The notes under the pieces were generated by a model. That model searched no databases. It saw only the letters and a list, made by a program, of their open reading frames with translations, and was not told the DNA's origin. A program made the position numbers and the translations under genes. Shown in pieces: positions 17,379 through 26,084 of a stretch of 47,505 bases of DNA. Source of the DNA: Legionellales bacterium (GTDB lineage: Bacteria > Pseudomonadota > Gammaproteobacteria > Eutrophobiales > Eutrophobiaceae); the NCBI GenBank assembly GCA_002692205.1, contig NZJM01000015.1, forward strand, positions 1 to 47,505, given 5' to 3'. Numbering within the stretch: the stretch's first letter is position 1; every line of letters starts with the position of its first letter.

Positions 17379-18383
17379 ATGCAAGTTTTAGGTATAGAAA
17401 CATCCTGTGACGAAACAGCAATAGCTATTTACGATTCGAAAATCGGAATAATAAGTCACTGTTTATATAGCCAAATTGGCTTGCATAATCAATATGGAGG
17501 CGTTGTTCCAGAATTGGCCTCACGCGAGCATGTCCTGAAAGTCCTGCCATTAGTAAAGAAAACACTTTCAGATGGGAAAACAGATTTCAGTCTACTTAAT
17601 GCAATTGCATATACATCAGGTCCTGGTCTTATGGGGGCATTATTAGTTGGGAGTGCAATCGGTAGAAGTTTGGCATATTCATTGAATATACCCGCCATCG
17701 GAGTACATCATATGGAGGCGCATTTACTAGCACCAATGCTCGAAAAAAATCCTCCTAAGTACCCATTTCTTGCATTATTGGTTTCTGGAGGGCATACCCA
17801 GCTTGTTAATGTGACTTCTCCGGGTGATTTTATAATACTTGGCGAGACTGTTGATGATGCCGCGGGCGAGGCTTTTGATAAAACCGCTAAAGTTCTTGGA
17901 TTGTCATATCCTGGTGGACCGGAACTTTCAGCATTAGCTGAAAAAGGAGATTCAAAACGATTTAATTTTCCTAGACCGATGGCAGATCGTCCTGGTCTGG
18001 ATTTTAGTTTTAGCGGGCTAAAGACTTTTACACTAAATACGTTCAATTCAGAAAATATTAATGAACAGACAAAGGCGGATATAGCTCGTGCATTTGTGGA
18101 TGCAGTTGTAGATACGCTTACTATAAAATGTAGGCGAGCTATACATGAAACTGGAATCAATCAGTTAGTCGTAGCAGGAGGTGTAAGTGCTAATAAGCAA
18201 TTACAGCATTCTCTGGTTAATATGATTAAGAAAGAGAGCGGCGAAGTTTTTTTTCCACGTAATGAATATTGTACAGATAATGGTGCTATGGTGGCGTATA
18301 CAGGATACTTACGATTCAAGGATGGACAAAATGAATCGCTTGGTTTCCAAGTAAAGCCAAGATGGATAATTGAGGATATATAA
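17379..18383 (+). CDS. tsaD: tRNA N6-adenosine threonylcarbamoyltransferase TsaD
   Basis: [19 protein letters not shown]..., [20 protein letters not shown] and [10 protein letters not shown] motifs. It is divergent from rpsU, as in enterics. Confidence 0.96.
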   Translation: MQVLGIETSCDETAIAIYDSKIGIISHCLYSQIGLHNQYGGVVPELASREHVLKVLPLVKKTLSDGKTDFSLLNAIAYTSGPGLMGALLVGSAIGRSLAYSLNIPAIGVHHMEAHLLAPMLEKNPPKYPFLALLVSGGHTQLVNVTSPGDFIILGETVDDAAGEAFDKTAKVLGLSYPGGPELSALAEKGDSKRFNFPRPMADRPGLDFSFSGLKTFTLNTFNSENINEQTKADIARAFVDAVVDTLTIKCRRAIHETGINQLVVAGGVSANKQLQHSLVNMIKKESGEVFFPRNEYCTDNGAMVAYTGYLRFKDGQNESLGFQVKPRWIIEDI

Positions 18384-18425
18384 TTATAAATCTAACTTAA
18401 TAAGTTTTTTTGATTTTTTTTATAT

Positions 18426-19010
18426 CTATCCTATTTTATCTTCCTTTTTCTTGATTAAATTAATTATATTAGGCTTATGTTTCCATAAGAGAATAATCAT
18501 AATAATAATAAGGATGACAATATACTGAGATTCTTGTCCAGAAAAATATGCATACAATGGTGTTAATATTGCAGCAATTAGCGCAGCAAGTGAGGAATAA
18601 CGAAATATAAATGCCGTTAAGATCCATGTTAAAACATAAGCTACCCCAAGCTGCCAATGTGTTGCAAAAAGAACCCCGATCAATGTCGCAACCCCTTTAC
18701 CACCTTTAAATCCAAAATATATCGGAAAAATATGACCTAGAAATGCGGCTAATCCCGAGAGAGCGATTATAATCTCAGAATTTGAAATGACTTTAGCGAG
18801 CAATACAGGGATAATTCCTTTTAATATATCGCCTGTCAGTGTCAGAAATGCTGCTTTTTTTCCATGCAGGCGCATTACATTAGTTGTACCTGGGTTTCTA
18901 GACCCACCTGAACGGGGGTCAGATAAGCCAAGAATATTACAAACTAGAACCGCAGCAGACAGCGACCCTAAAAGGTAAGCTATTATTATTAATAAAAAAT
19001 CGACTTGCAT
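18426..19010 (-). CDS. plsY: Glycerol-3-phosphate acyltransferase PlsY
   Basis: 194-aa polytopic protein with GSRNPGTTNVMR and FKGGKGVAT motifs. Confidence 0.94.
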   Translation of the reverse strand: MQVDFLLIIIAYLLGSLSAAVLVCNILGLSDPRSGGSRNPGTTNVMRLHGKKAAFLTLTGDILKGIIPVLLAKVISNSEIIIALSGLAAFLGHIFPIYFGFKGGKGVATLIGVLFATHWQLGVAYVLTWILTAFIFRYSSLAALIAAILTPLYAYFSGQESQYIVILIIIMIILLWKHKPNIINLIKKKEDKIG

Positions 19011-19073
19011 AGATGTATTGAAATCTTTATGAAGTATAAGATCAACTGGTAATTTATATATAATCTTTAATTT

Positions 19074-19430
19074 ATGGACATTATTTTTCTCAGAAATTTA
19101 AAAATCGATACGATAGTCGGAATATACGATTGGGAACGAAGAATTAAGCAACCAGTTATTCTCGATTTAGAAATGGCGACCGATATCAAAAAGGCGGCAG
19201 CAACTGATCACATTGATGACACTCTTAATTATAAAGCAGTCGCAAAACGTGTAATTAGCTTTGTTGAGGATAGCGAATTTGAATTGGTTGAAACACTTGC
19301 GGAACGTATAGCCGAGATAATAGTGAATGAGTTTGAAGTTCCTTGGTTAAGGCTATCATTAAATAAAATAGGAGCAATACGTGGCGCTAGAGACGTGGGA
19401 GTCTTAATAGAACGCGGAAACAAAGTATGA
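19074..19430 (+). CDS. folB: Dihydroneopterin aldolase
   Basis: 118 aa, MDIIFLRNLKIDTIVGIYDWERRIKQPVILDLEM...DDTLNYKAV...LVETLAERIA. It is divergent from plsY as in E. coli and overlaps folK by 4 nt. Confidence 0.92.
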   Translation: MDIIFLRNLKIDTIVGIYDWERRIKQPVILDLEMATDIKKAAATDHIDDTLNYKAVAKRVISFVEDSEFELVETLAERIAEIIVNEFEVPWLRLSLNKIGAIRGARDVGVLIERGNKV

Positions 19431-19939
19431 AAATTACCCAAGTTTATATTGGTATAGGTAGTAATATCGACAAATTAAAAAATATAGATGGATGCTTAGC
19501 TAATCTCAAGAAATATTTTAGAAAACTTGATGTTTCACCAATATACCAAAGTAAAGCAATCGGGATGGAGGGTGAGGATTTTTATAATCTCGTTGTTAAA
19601 TTTGAAACAAGTCTTAGTTTGGAGGACGTAGAATTGAAATTACGCGAAATTGAGTATAATTTTGGTCGAAAACGTAATCAGATTCCGCATAGCCCACGCA
19701 CACTCGATATAGATCTATTATTATATGGAGACTTTATTAGTAAAAAAAATAATATTCCTAGAGATGATATAACCAAATATAGTTTTGTGTTAAAACCTCT
19801 TTACGATTTAGAACCAAATTTAATTCATCCCGTAGAGAGTATAAAAATTAGTGCTTTGTGGGAGAAATTTGATACAACCAAACAACCGCTAAAGCATGTT
19901 ACAGAAACTTTTCATAAATACACCGAGAGCAACGTATAA
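19427..19939 (+). CDS. folK: 2-amino-4-hydroxy-6-hydroxymethyldihydropteridine pyrophosphokinase (HPPK)
   Basis: VYIGIGSNI..., PRTLDIDLLLYGD, and the context after folB. Confidence 0.92.
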   Translation: MKITQVYIGIGSNIDKLKNIDGCLANLKKYFRKLDVSPIYQSKAIGMEGEDFYNLVVKFETSLSLEDVELKLREIEYNFGRKRNQIPHSPRTLDIDLLLYGDFISKKNNIPRDDITKYSFVLKPLYDLEPNLIHPVESIKISALWEKFDTTKQPLKHVTETFHKYTESNV

Positions 19940-20347
19940 ATGAAATATATAAATATTTTTTTGTTGTTACTTGTTATTATTTCAATATCTTCTTGTAATA
20001 CTTTCAAGGTTCGTGAAACTATTGAAGCCCTTGATTCCTCAATAACAAACTATAATGTTGCATTAAGGTGGGGGATGTATAAAGAAGCCTATAGTTATCA
20101 TTATTCACCCGATGGCAAGCAGCCTCCGATAGATCTTGATGCATTTGAGGAACTAAGTATAACTGGAGTAGAAGTTACGGAAAAAAATCTCAATGAAAAG
20201 CACACCAAAGCTAATATTGAGACAATCATTACTTATTATATTAAAACACAGGGCAGTATTAGAAAGCTAAATTTAAGCCAAGAATGGTGGTTTAATGCTG
20301 AGCTTAAGCAATGGTTCATTAGTCATCCTTTTCCTAAATTTAATTAA
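19940..20347 (+). CDS. Hypothetical lipoprotein
   Basis: Lipobox LVIISISSC. It starts on the base after the folK stop codon (TAAATG). No family recognised. Confidence 0.6.
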   Translation: MKYINIFLLLLVIISISSCNTFKVRETIEALDSSITNYNVALRWGMYKEAYSYHYSPDGKQPPIDLDAFEELSITGVEVTEKNLNEKHTKANIETIITYYIKTQGSIRKLNLSQEWWFNAELKQWFISHPFPKFN

Positions 20348-20350
20348 ACA

Positions 20351-21082
20351 TTATGGAAATAGTGTTTTACCACCGTCAACATTAACTATTTGCCCAGTTA
20401 TGTAGTCAGCATCTTTAATTAAGAAAATAACAGTATTCGCAATATCTTTTGTACTACCAATTTTTTTTAGAACTATTTGATCCATTATCGCATCTTTTGT
20501 TTTTACATCCATTTGCTCTGGCCAAGTTATAGCTCCAGGTGAGATTGCATTTACACGTACATTTGGTGCTAGTTCTTTAGCTAACGATTTTGTTAAAGCG
20601 ATGAGACCAGCCTTAGAAATCGAATATATGATATGTTCTTTTAAAGGGTTCAATGCATGAATATCTGTAATATTTATAATACAGCCATTATTTTTTTTTA
20701 ATGATTTCGATGCAAGTTTTGAGAGAAATAAGGGTGCTTTTAAATTAGTATTAATTAACTCATTCCAGCTATCTTCATCAATTTTTTCAAGTGATGTAGG
20801 ATAAAAGGCAGATGCATTATTAATTAGTACATCAATATCTTTTTTAAAATTTATTGCTGTATCAATAAGGTATGAACAAGAGTCATTTTTTTTCAAGTCA
20901 GCTTTTATTGCTATAGCCGAATTATCTCTGATATTATTTAAATTTTTTGAAAGCTTCAACGCTTCTTTTTCTGAGTGATTATAATGAATTATTACATTCA
21001 TGCCCATGCTATGAATATCTTCTGCTATTTTTGCACCTATATTCTTTGCTGCTCCAGTAATTATTGCAGTTTTATTTTTCAT
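20351..21082 (-). CDS. Short-chain dehydrogenase/reductase, pteridine reductase / FolM-like
   Basis: Rossmann TGAAKNIGAKI, NNAS and catalytic Y-x3-K (YSISKAG). The start is moved to ATG 21082 (MKNKTAIITG). The 280-aa track ORF would put ~37 non-SDR residues before the Rossmann motif and overlap the divergent gene. Confidence 0.75.
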   Translation of the reverse strand: MKNKTAIITGAAKNIGAKIAEDIHSMGMNVIIHYNHSEKEALKLSKNLNNIRDNSAIAIKADLKKNDSCSYLIDTAINFKKDIDVLINNASAFYPTSLEKIDEDSWNELINTNLKAPLFLSKLASKSLKKNNGCIINITDIHALNPLKEHIIYSISKAGLIALTKSLAKELAPNVRVNAISPGAITWPEQMDVKTKDAIMDQIVLKKIGSTKDIANTVIFLIKDADYITGQIVNVDGGKTLFP

Positions 21083-21184
21083 TTTTAGTAAAGAATCTCC
21101 AGAATATTTGAAAAATTTGCTATTTTTATATCTAGCTAAAAGTTTTGTTGAATCATTCCCTAAACAGAATAACATGGAATTGAT

Positions 21185-22363
21185 ATGAAACAATCAAGTT
21201 TGCCTTTACCCGACTTTTCGGCAATAGCCCATAGTAGACAGTTATCAGTTTGTTTAAAAAATCTGATAGATGAATGCGAGGGTTCGATTAGTTTTGATAA
21301 ATATATGAACTTAGTACTCTATCAACCAGAGCTGGGTTATTACAACTCAGCTACTCAAAAATTTGGTCCCAAGGGAGATTTTGTTACGGCACCTGAGATT
21401 TCTTCTCTTTTTTCAAAATGTATTGCGGCTCAATGCTCACAAATATTAGGTGACTTTGAGGAATCAGCTATATTAGAAATAGGTGCAGGTAACGGCACTA
21501 TGGCAAGGGATTTACTCTTAGATTTAGAAAAGCGCCATTTGTTGCCCGGAAAATATTATATATTAGAAATTAGTCCCTATTTGAAGCTTAAGCAGAAAAA
21601 ACTATTAAGAGAAGCATTACCTCAATTTATCGATAATATTGAATGGTTGAGTACACTATCAAATTTAAAGTTTAAAGGTTTAGTATTAGCAAATGAAGTG
21701 ATCGATGCGTTACCAGTAAAGCGTTTTAAAAAAGAATCAAGTAGTTTTAAGGAGATGAAAGTTGGGTATTCGAAAGACAATTTTTATTGGTTAGATGTGG
21801 TAGCTGATCCTTTTTTAACCGAGCATTTAAAAGATCTTGAATCCAAATTACCCGCACCATTTCCTAGTAATTACTACTCTGAAATAAATGTTCAACTTAA
21901 AGAATGGTTAAATATAATACAGTCAACAATAGATGAAGGAGTTATTTTATTTATTGATTATGGTTATTCAGTTTTAGACTATTATCACCCGTCTAGATTT
22001 GATGGCAATTTACTTTGCCATTATCGACACCATGTTCACAATGACCCATTTTTCTACCCAGGATTACAAGACATAACTACATCAGTCAATTTCTCAGCAG
22101 TTGCAGAATATGCTGGAGATATTGGCCTGAATGTCAGTGGATACACTAATCAAGTATATTTTCTTTTTGGGTGTGGTCTTGATGATTTAGTTGTTAAAAT
22201 GAATCTACAAGATATAAGCTCGCAAACAAAATTATCACAAGAATTACGTAAGCTGACAATGCCAGACGAAATGGGAGAACGTTTTAAAGTAATTGGGCTA
22301 ACAAAAAAATATAATAAAAAATTAACTTGTTTTTCAAAAATGAATCAAATTAACAGGCTTTAA
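21185..22363 (+). CDS. Class I SAM-dependent methyltransferase, MidA/NDUFAF7 family (formerly DUF185)
   Basis: 392 aa with ...FDKYMNLVLYQPELGYYNS...KGDFVTAPEIS.LFS..., EIGAGNGTMARD, ANEVIDALPV and DYGY, the layout typical of this family. Confidence 0.8.
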   Translation: MKQSSLPLPDFSAIAHSRQLSVCLKNLIDECEGSISFDKYMNLVLYQPELGYYNSATQKFGPKGDFVTAPEISSLFSKCIAAQCSQILGDFEESAILEIGAGNGTMARDLLLDLEKRHLLPGKYYILEISPYLKLKQKKLLREALPQFIDNIEWLSTLSNLKFKGLVLANEVIDALPVKRFKKESSSFKEMKVGYSKDNFYWLDVVADPFLTEHLKDLESKLPAPFPSNYYSEINVQLKEWLNIIQSTIDEGVILFIDYGYSVLDYYHPSRFDGNLLCHYRHHVHNDPFFYPGLQDITTSVNFSAVAEYAGDIGLNVSGYTNQVYFLFGCGLDDLVVKMNLQDISSQTKLSQELRKLTMPDEMGERFKVIGLTKKYNKKLTCFSKMNQINRL

Positions 22364-22366
22364 AAA

Positions 22367-23080
22367 ATGATTTCAATTAAATATTTTTTTATATTTTTAT
22401 TAATTTTTTTAAATTTTGGCTGTAAAAGAGAAATTATAAGAGAGAATCAACCTACAAAGAATGAGAATGCCGTTACGCAAATTGTTAAATCTGATATTGA
22501 TAATGTATTAGAGGTGCATGTCAATGAGACACGGAAGTTATTAAAGGAATTAATGTTTAAGTTATATAAGCGAAATCCCAGAGAATTAAAAAAATCATCG
22601 TATAAATTAGCAAAAGAGAACGTTCTTAGATTGTTTGAATATAAACATACATGGGAATTTCCAGAGCTTCAGGGTACATATGATATAGAATCAATAAGAT
22701 TGGCTTTTGAAGAAGATTATCAACATGATAGAGTATTTGTGTTTGTATCAGGCCTAATGTCGATGATAATGAAATCTTATAACTATAAGACTAAATTTTA
22801 TATGATAGATTCGGCAGATCCTCAGAAATTATATAATTGCGCAAGAAATATTGAGATAGCTATGTGGAAATTAAGTAATGATTATAATTCAAAAGGAAAA
22901 TTATTTTTAATGAGTAATTCTCTACCTAATGAGAAAATTAGTAATTTAAGCTACGAAAGAATTTTTGGAAAGTTAATAGCAACACAAGATAATATTGCTA
23001 TAATTATGGCTGGAAAAAAGAATAGAACCATCAAGACAGTTATACAAAAAATGGCTACAGCGATTTTTCTACCCATCTAA
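22367..23080 (+). CDS. Hypothetical lipoprotein
   Basis: Lipobox FLNFGC, 237 aa, starting 3 nt after the methyltransferase gene. No family recognised. Confidence 0.55.
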   Translation: MISIKYFFIFLLIFLNFGCKREIIRENQPTKNENAVTQIVKSDIDNVLEVHVNETRKLLKELMFKLYKRNPRELKKSSYKLAKENVLRLFEYKHTWEFPELQGTYDIESIRLAFEEDYQHDRVFVFVSGLMSMIMKSYNYKTKFYMIDSADPQKLYNCARNIEIAMWKLSNDYNSKGKLFLMSNSLPNEKISNLSYERIFGKLIATQDNIAIIMAGKKNRTIKTVIQKMATAIFLPI

Positions 23081-23086
23081 ATTTGT

Positions 23087-23887
23087 ATGGATTTAATTCA
23101 ACTAATTTTAATATCTTTAATTCAGGGTATTTCAGAGTTCTTGCCTATTTCAAGTTCCGCGCATTTAGTGCTTTTACCTAAATTAATGAGTTGGAATGAT
23201 CAAGGTCTAAGTATTGATATTGCAGCACACTTGGGGAGTTTATTAGCTGTTATATATTATTTTAGAACAGATTTTATCAATATAGTAGTTAATGGTTTTG
23301 GGCCTGTTTTTGGATCAAAATATGCGAGAGTAGACTATAAATTATTTTGGCTTATCATCTTGGCTAGTTTACCGGCGCTAATAGGTGGTTTTATTTTTCA
23401 CGATGTTATCTCAACTTATTTACGCAATCCATTGGTTATCGCATTTACGACGATTTTCTTTGGTTTTTTTCTTTGGATATCAGACATAGTAGGAAAAAAA
23501 TCTAGAAAAATAACTACAATTACTAAAAAAGATGCACTCATAATTGGACTTTCACAAGTTTTATCTCTCATTCCTGGCACGTCACGTTCTGGGATTACTA
23601 TGACAACAGGTCTTTTACTAGGGCTTGATCGTCAAACAGCTATAAAATTTTCATTTTTCATGTCAGTGCCAATAATATCAATGGCAGCTTCATATGAAGC
23701 ATGGAATTTAATTCAAGATGGCGAACTTATTATTATAAAGGATTTTCTTATTACTATTTTTTTCTCAGCTACAAGTTCTTTTTTTACAATCCATTTTTTC
23801 CTTAAGTTCATTGATAAAATAGGGATGATCCCATTTGTTATCTACCGCTTAATATTAGGAATCACGTTATTGTTTATTTTTTTATGA
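23087..23887 (+). CDS. uppP: Undecaprenyl-diphosphate phosphatase
   Basis: QGISEFLPISSSAHL and PGTSRSGITMT motifs in a 266-aa polytopic protein. Confidence 0.95.
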   Translation: MDLIQLILISLIQGISEFLPISSSAHLVLLPKLMSWNDQGLSIDIAAHLGSLLAVIYYFRTDFINIVVNGFGPVFGSKYARVDYKLFWLIILASLPALIGGFIFHDVISTYLRNPLVIAFTTIFFGFFLWISDIVGKKSRKITTITKKDALIIGLSQVLSLIPGTSRSGITMTTGLLLGLDRQTAIKFSFFMSVPIISMAASYEAWNLIQDGELIIIKDFLITIFFSATSSFFTIHFFLKFIDKIGMIPFVIYRLILGITLLFIFL

Positions 23888-23902
23888 AAAAAAATCAAAT
23901 TC

Positions 23903-25111
23903 TTAACATAATTTTTTTTCTAAAATCTTGACTCTTTCTTTTTTTATCGCGTTACCAAGTTCTTTTCCTTGGAAACCTTTATTTTTTAAAAACTCTATAT
24001 CAATTTCTTTTGTTATTTCTAAGGCCTTAGAAAAATATTCTGCTTGAATAAATTCTTTTTCTTCGTAGCCCGCACGTCCACGTGAATCGCATTCACATGC
24101 GACTAGGAATTTTTCAAATCTATCAGGTCTTCTATAAGCATCAAGTTCTTCAAGCTTTTCTACAATAACTTTTGGTTTCATTTCTTGAATTTGGTGACAA
24201 TCAATATGAAATTTTGAAACACACATGGCAAGGTCATGATATTTATTTGGCACGCGAAAACGTTTGCAAAGATTATCAATTATATCGACACCACGTTCTT
24301 CATGGCCAGTGTGTTCAGGAAGTTCTTCTTTTGGTGTTATTGCTTTACCTAAGTCATGAACAAGAACAGCGAAACGTATCACAGGATCTGATGATAATCT
24401 AACAGATTGGTTTAGAGCCATTATTGTATGTGTTCCAGTATCTATCTCAGGATGATATTTTTTATTCTGCGGTATACCAAACAACGCATCAATTTCAGGA
24501 AATAGCTTTTTCAATGCATTACATGCACGTAATGCGAGTACAAAGCGTGCCGGGTATTTACCAGTCAATGCTTTTTCTAGTTCCGTCCATACACGTTCCG
24601 GTACAATTGTATCTAACTCATTACTTATGGATATTTCTTTTAGTAGTTTCATTGTTCCATCGTCAATTTTGAAACCAAGACAAGCAGCAAAACGGGCAAC
24701 ACGCAGAACTCTAAGAGGATCCTCGGTAAAGGCAGGCGATATATGTCGTAAAATACCATGTTTGAGATCACTCTCTCCCTCATAAGGATCAATTAGATTA
24801 CCATTTTCGTCTTCAGCCATCGCATTAATCGTTAAGTCCCTACGTTTAAGATCATCTTCGAGCGAGATCTCAGGAGATGCATAGAATTGAAAGCCTTTGT
24901 AACCTTTTCCAGATTTTCGTTCAGTACGTGCAAGCGCGTACTCCTCTTTTGTATCAGGGTGCAGAAAAACAGGAAAGTCATCTCCAACAGGTTTAAAGCC
25001 CTTTTCAATCATTTCTTCAGGATTAGCACCAACGACAACCCAGTCTCTGTCCTTTACAGGCAGACCGAGCAATTTATCACGAACTGCTCCACCTACTAAA
25101 AATGTTTTCAT
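23903..25111 (-). CDS. cca: Multifunctional CCA-adding enzyme (tRNA nucleotidyltransferase with HD phosphohydrolase domain)
   Basis: MKTFLVGGAVRDKLLG...DRDWVV, RRDLTINAMA, and HD-domain residues (HDLGK, HTGHEERG). Confidence 0.94.
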   Translation of the reverse strand: MKTFLVGGAVRDKLLGLPVKDRDWVVVGANPEEMIEKGFKPVGDDFPVFLHPDTKEEYALARTERKSGKGYKGFQFYASPEISLEDDLKRRDLTINAMAEDENGNLIDPYEGESDLKHGILRHISPAFTEDPLRVLRVARFAACLGFKIDDGTMKLLKEISISNELDTIVPERVWTELEKALTGKYPARFVLALRACNALKKLFPEIDALFGIPQNKKYHPEIDTGTHTIMALNQSVRLSSDPVIRFAVLVHDLGKAITPKEELPEHTGHEERGVDIIDNLCKRFRVPNKYHDLAMCVSKFHIDCHQIQEMKPKVIVEKLEELDAYRRPDRFEKFLVACECDSRGRAGYEEKEFIQAEYFSKALEITKEIDIEFLKNKGFQGKELGNAIKKERVKILEKKLC

Positions 25112-25115
25112 TTTT

Positions 25116-26060
25116 TTATAAGTCGCTATAAAATGAATCGTAGTTATCTTTTACTAGGTAACTTGGCACAATATCCTCGAGAGGAGTTGGTTTAATATCA
25201 TAAATTTTCAAATCGTTTTGTTTACATATGCTATCAATTTGAGCTGATAGATAATTATCTGTTGAGAATGGCTTGCCTGGTAGAAAATCAAATATTTTTG
25301 CCTGAATAAACGACAATATATTATTTAGCGGTATTATTATACATTTTTTATCTATAGTTTTTGCTGTGTATGCAACCAGCTCTTTCAAGGAATATATTTT
25401 AGGTCCACAAATGTTAAATTTTTTATCGTAACTTGCAGGATCACCAATAGTATTTATCATCATTTCTATAACATCAAGCACATAAACAGGAGCAAATTTT
25501 GTTTTATGACAGGCCAATGGAAAAAATAGAGGAGTTATTTTTAACAAATTAGAAAATCGATTAAAAAAACTGTCTTTTTTCCCAAAAATCACTGAAGGCC
25601 TGAAAGATGTAACTTTCATGCCAATGGTATTTGTATGTAGTAATTTTTCAGCCTGACCTTTTGTTTTTAAATAAAAGCTCATTCCATTTTTAGCATCCGC
25701 ATTTAATGCGCTCATTTGGATGAATCTTCTAATATTATTTTTTTTACATGCTTTAATAAGATTTTTAATTAATTCAACATGTACTAATTTAAATCCATCG
25801 CCATTGTTACTTTTTTCATTAAGAATTCCTATTAAATTAATTACAGCATCGCAATCTCTGAGGCATTCATTAAGATTATTAAGATTATTAACATCAGCTT
25901 CTATCAATTCAGCATTCGGCAAGAGAATTATGTCTTCTCGATTGTATTCGCGGTTACGAGTTAATATTTTTAGATAGAAACCTTCTTTCGATAATCGATT
26001 GCAAAGTAAAGAACCAACAAAACCTGTTCCACCAAGTATAGCAATTTTTTTAATTAACAT
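25116..26060 (-). CDS. Atypical SDR, NAD(P)-binding, NDUFA9-like (complex I 39-kDa subunit-like) family
   Basis: ILGGTGFVGSLL Rossmann motif, Y-x3-K (YLKTKGQAE), RPSVIFGKKDSFFNRF and FAPVYVLDV, as in NDUFA9-like bacterial proteins. Confidence 0.75.
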   Translation of the reverse strand: MLIKKIAILGGTGFVGSLLCNRLSKEGFYLKILTRNREYNREDIILLPNAELIEADVNNLNNLNECLRDCDAVINLIGILNEKSNNGDGFKLVHVELIKNLIKACKKNNIRRFIQMSALNADAKNGMSFYLKTKGQAEKLLHTNTIGMKVTSFRPSVIFGKKDSFFNRFSNLLKITPLFFPLACHKTKFAPVYVLDVIEMMINTIGDPASYDKKFNICGPKIYSLKELVAYTAKTIDKKCIIIPLNNILSFIQAKIFDFLPGKPFSTDNYLSAQIDSICKQNDLKIYDIKPTPLEDIVPSYLVKDNYDSFYSDL

Positions 26061-26084
26061 TTTAATATCCCGTTTATTTATAAC

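Noticed and set aside
17489-18160. Antisense ORFs of 69 and 150 aa within tsaD.
   Set aside because: This is the same shadow-frame phenomenon. The products are low-complexity (Ser/Ala/Pro-rich), there is no start context, and they are fully nested in a conserved gene.
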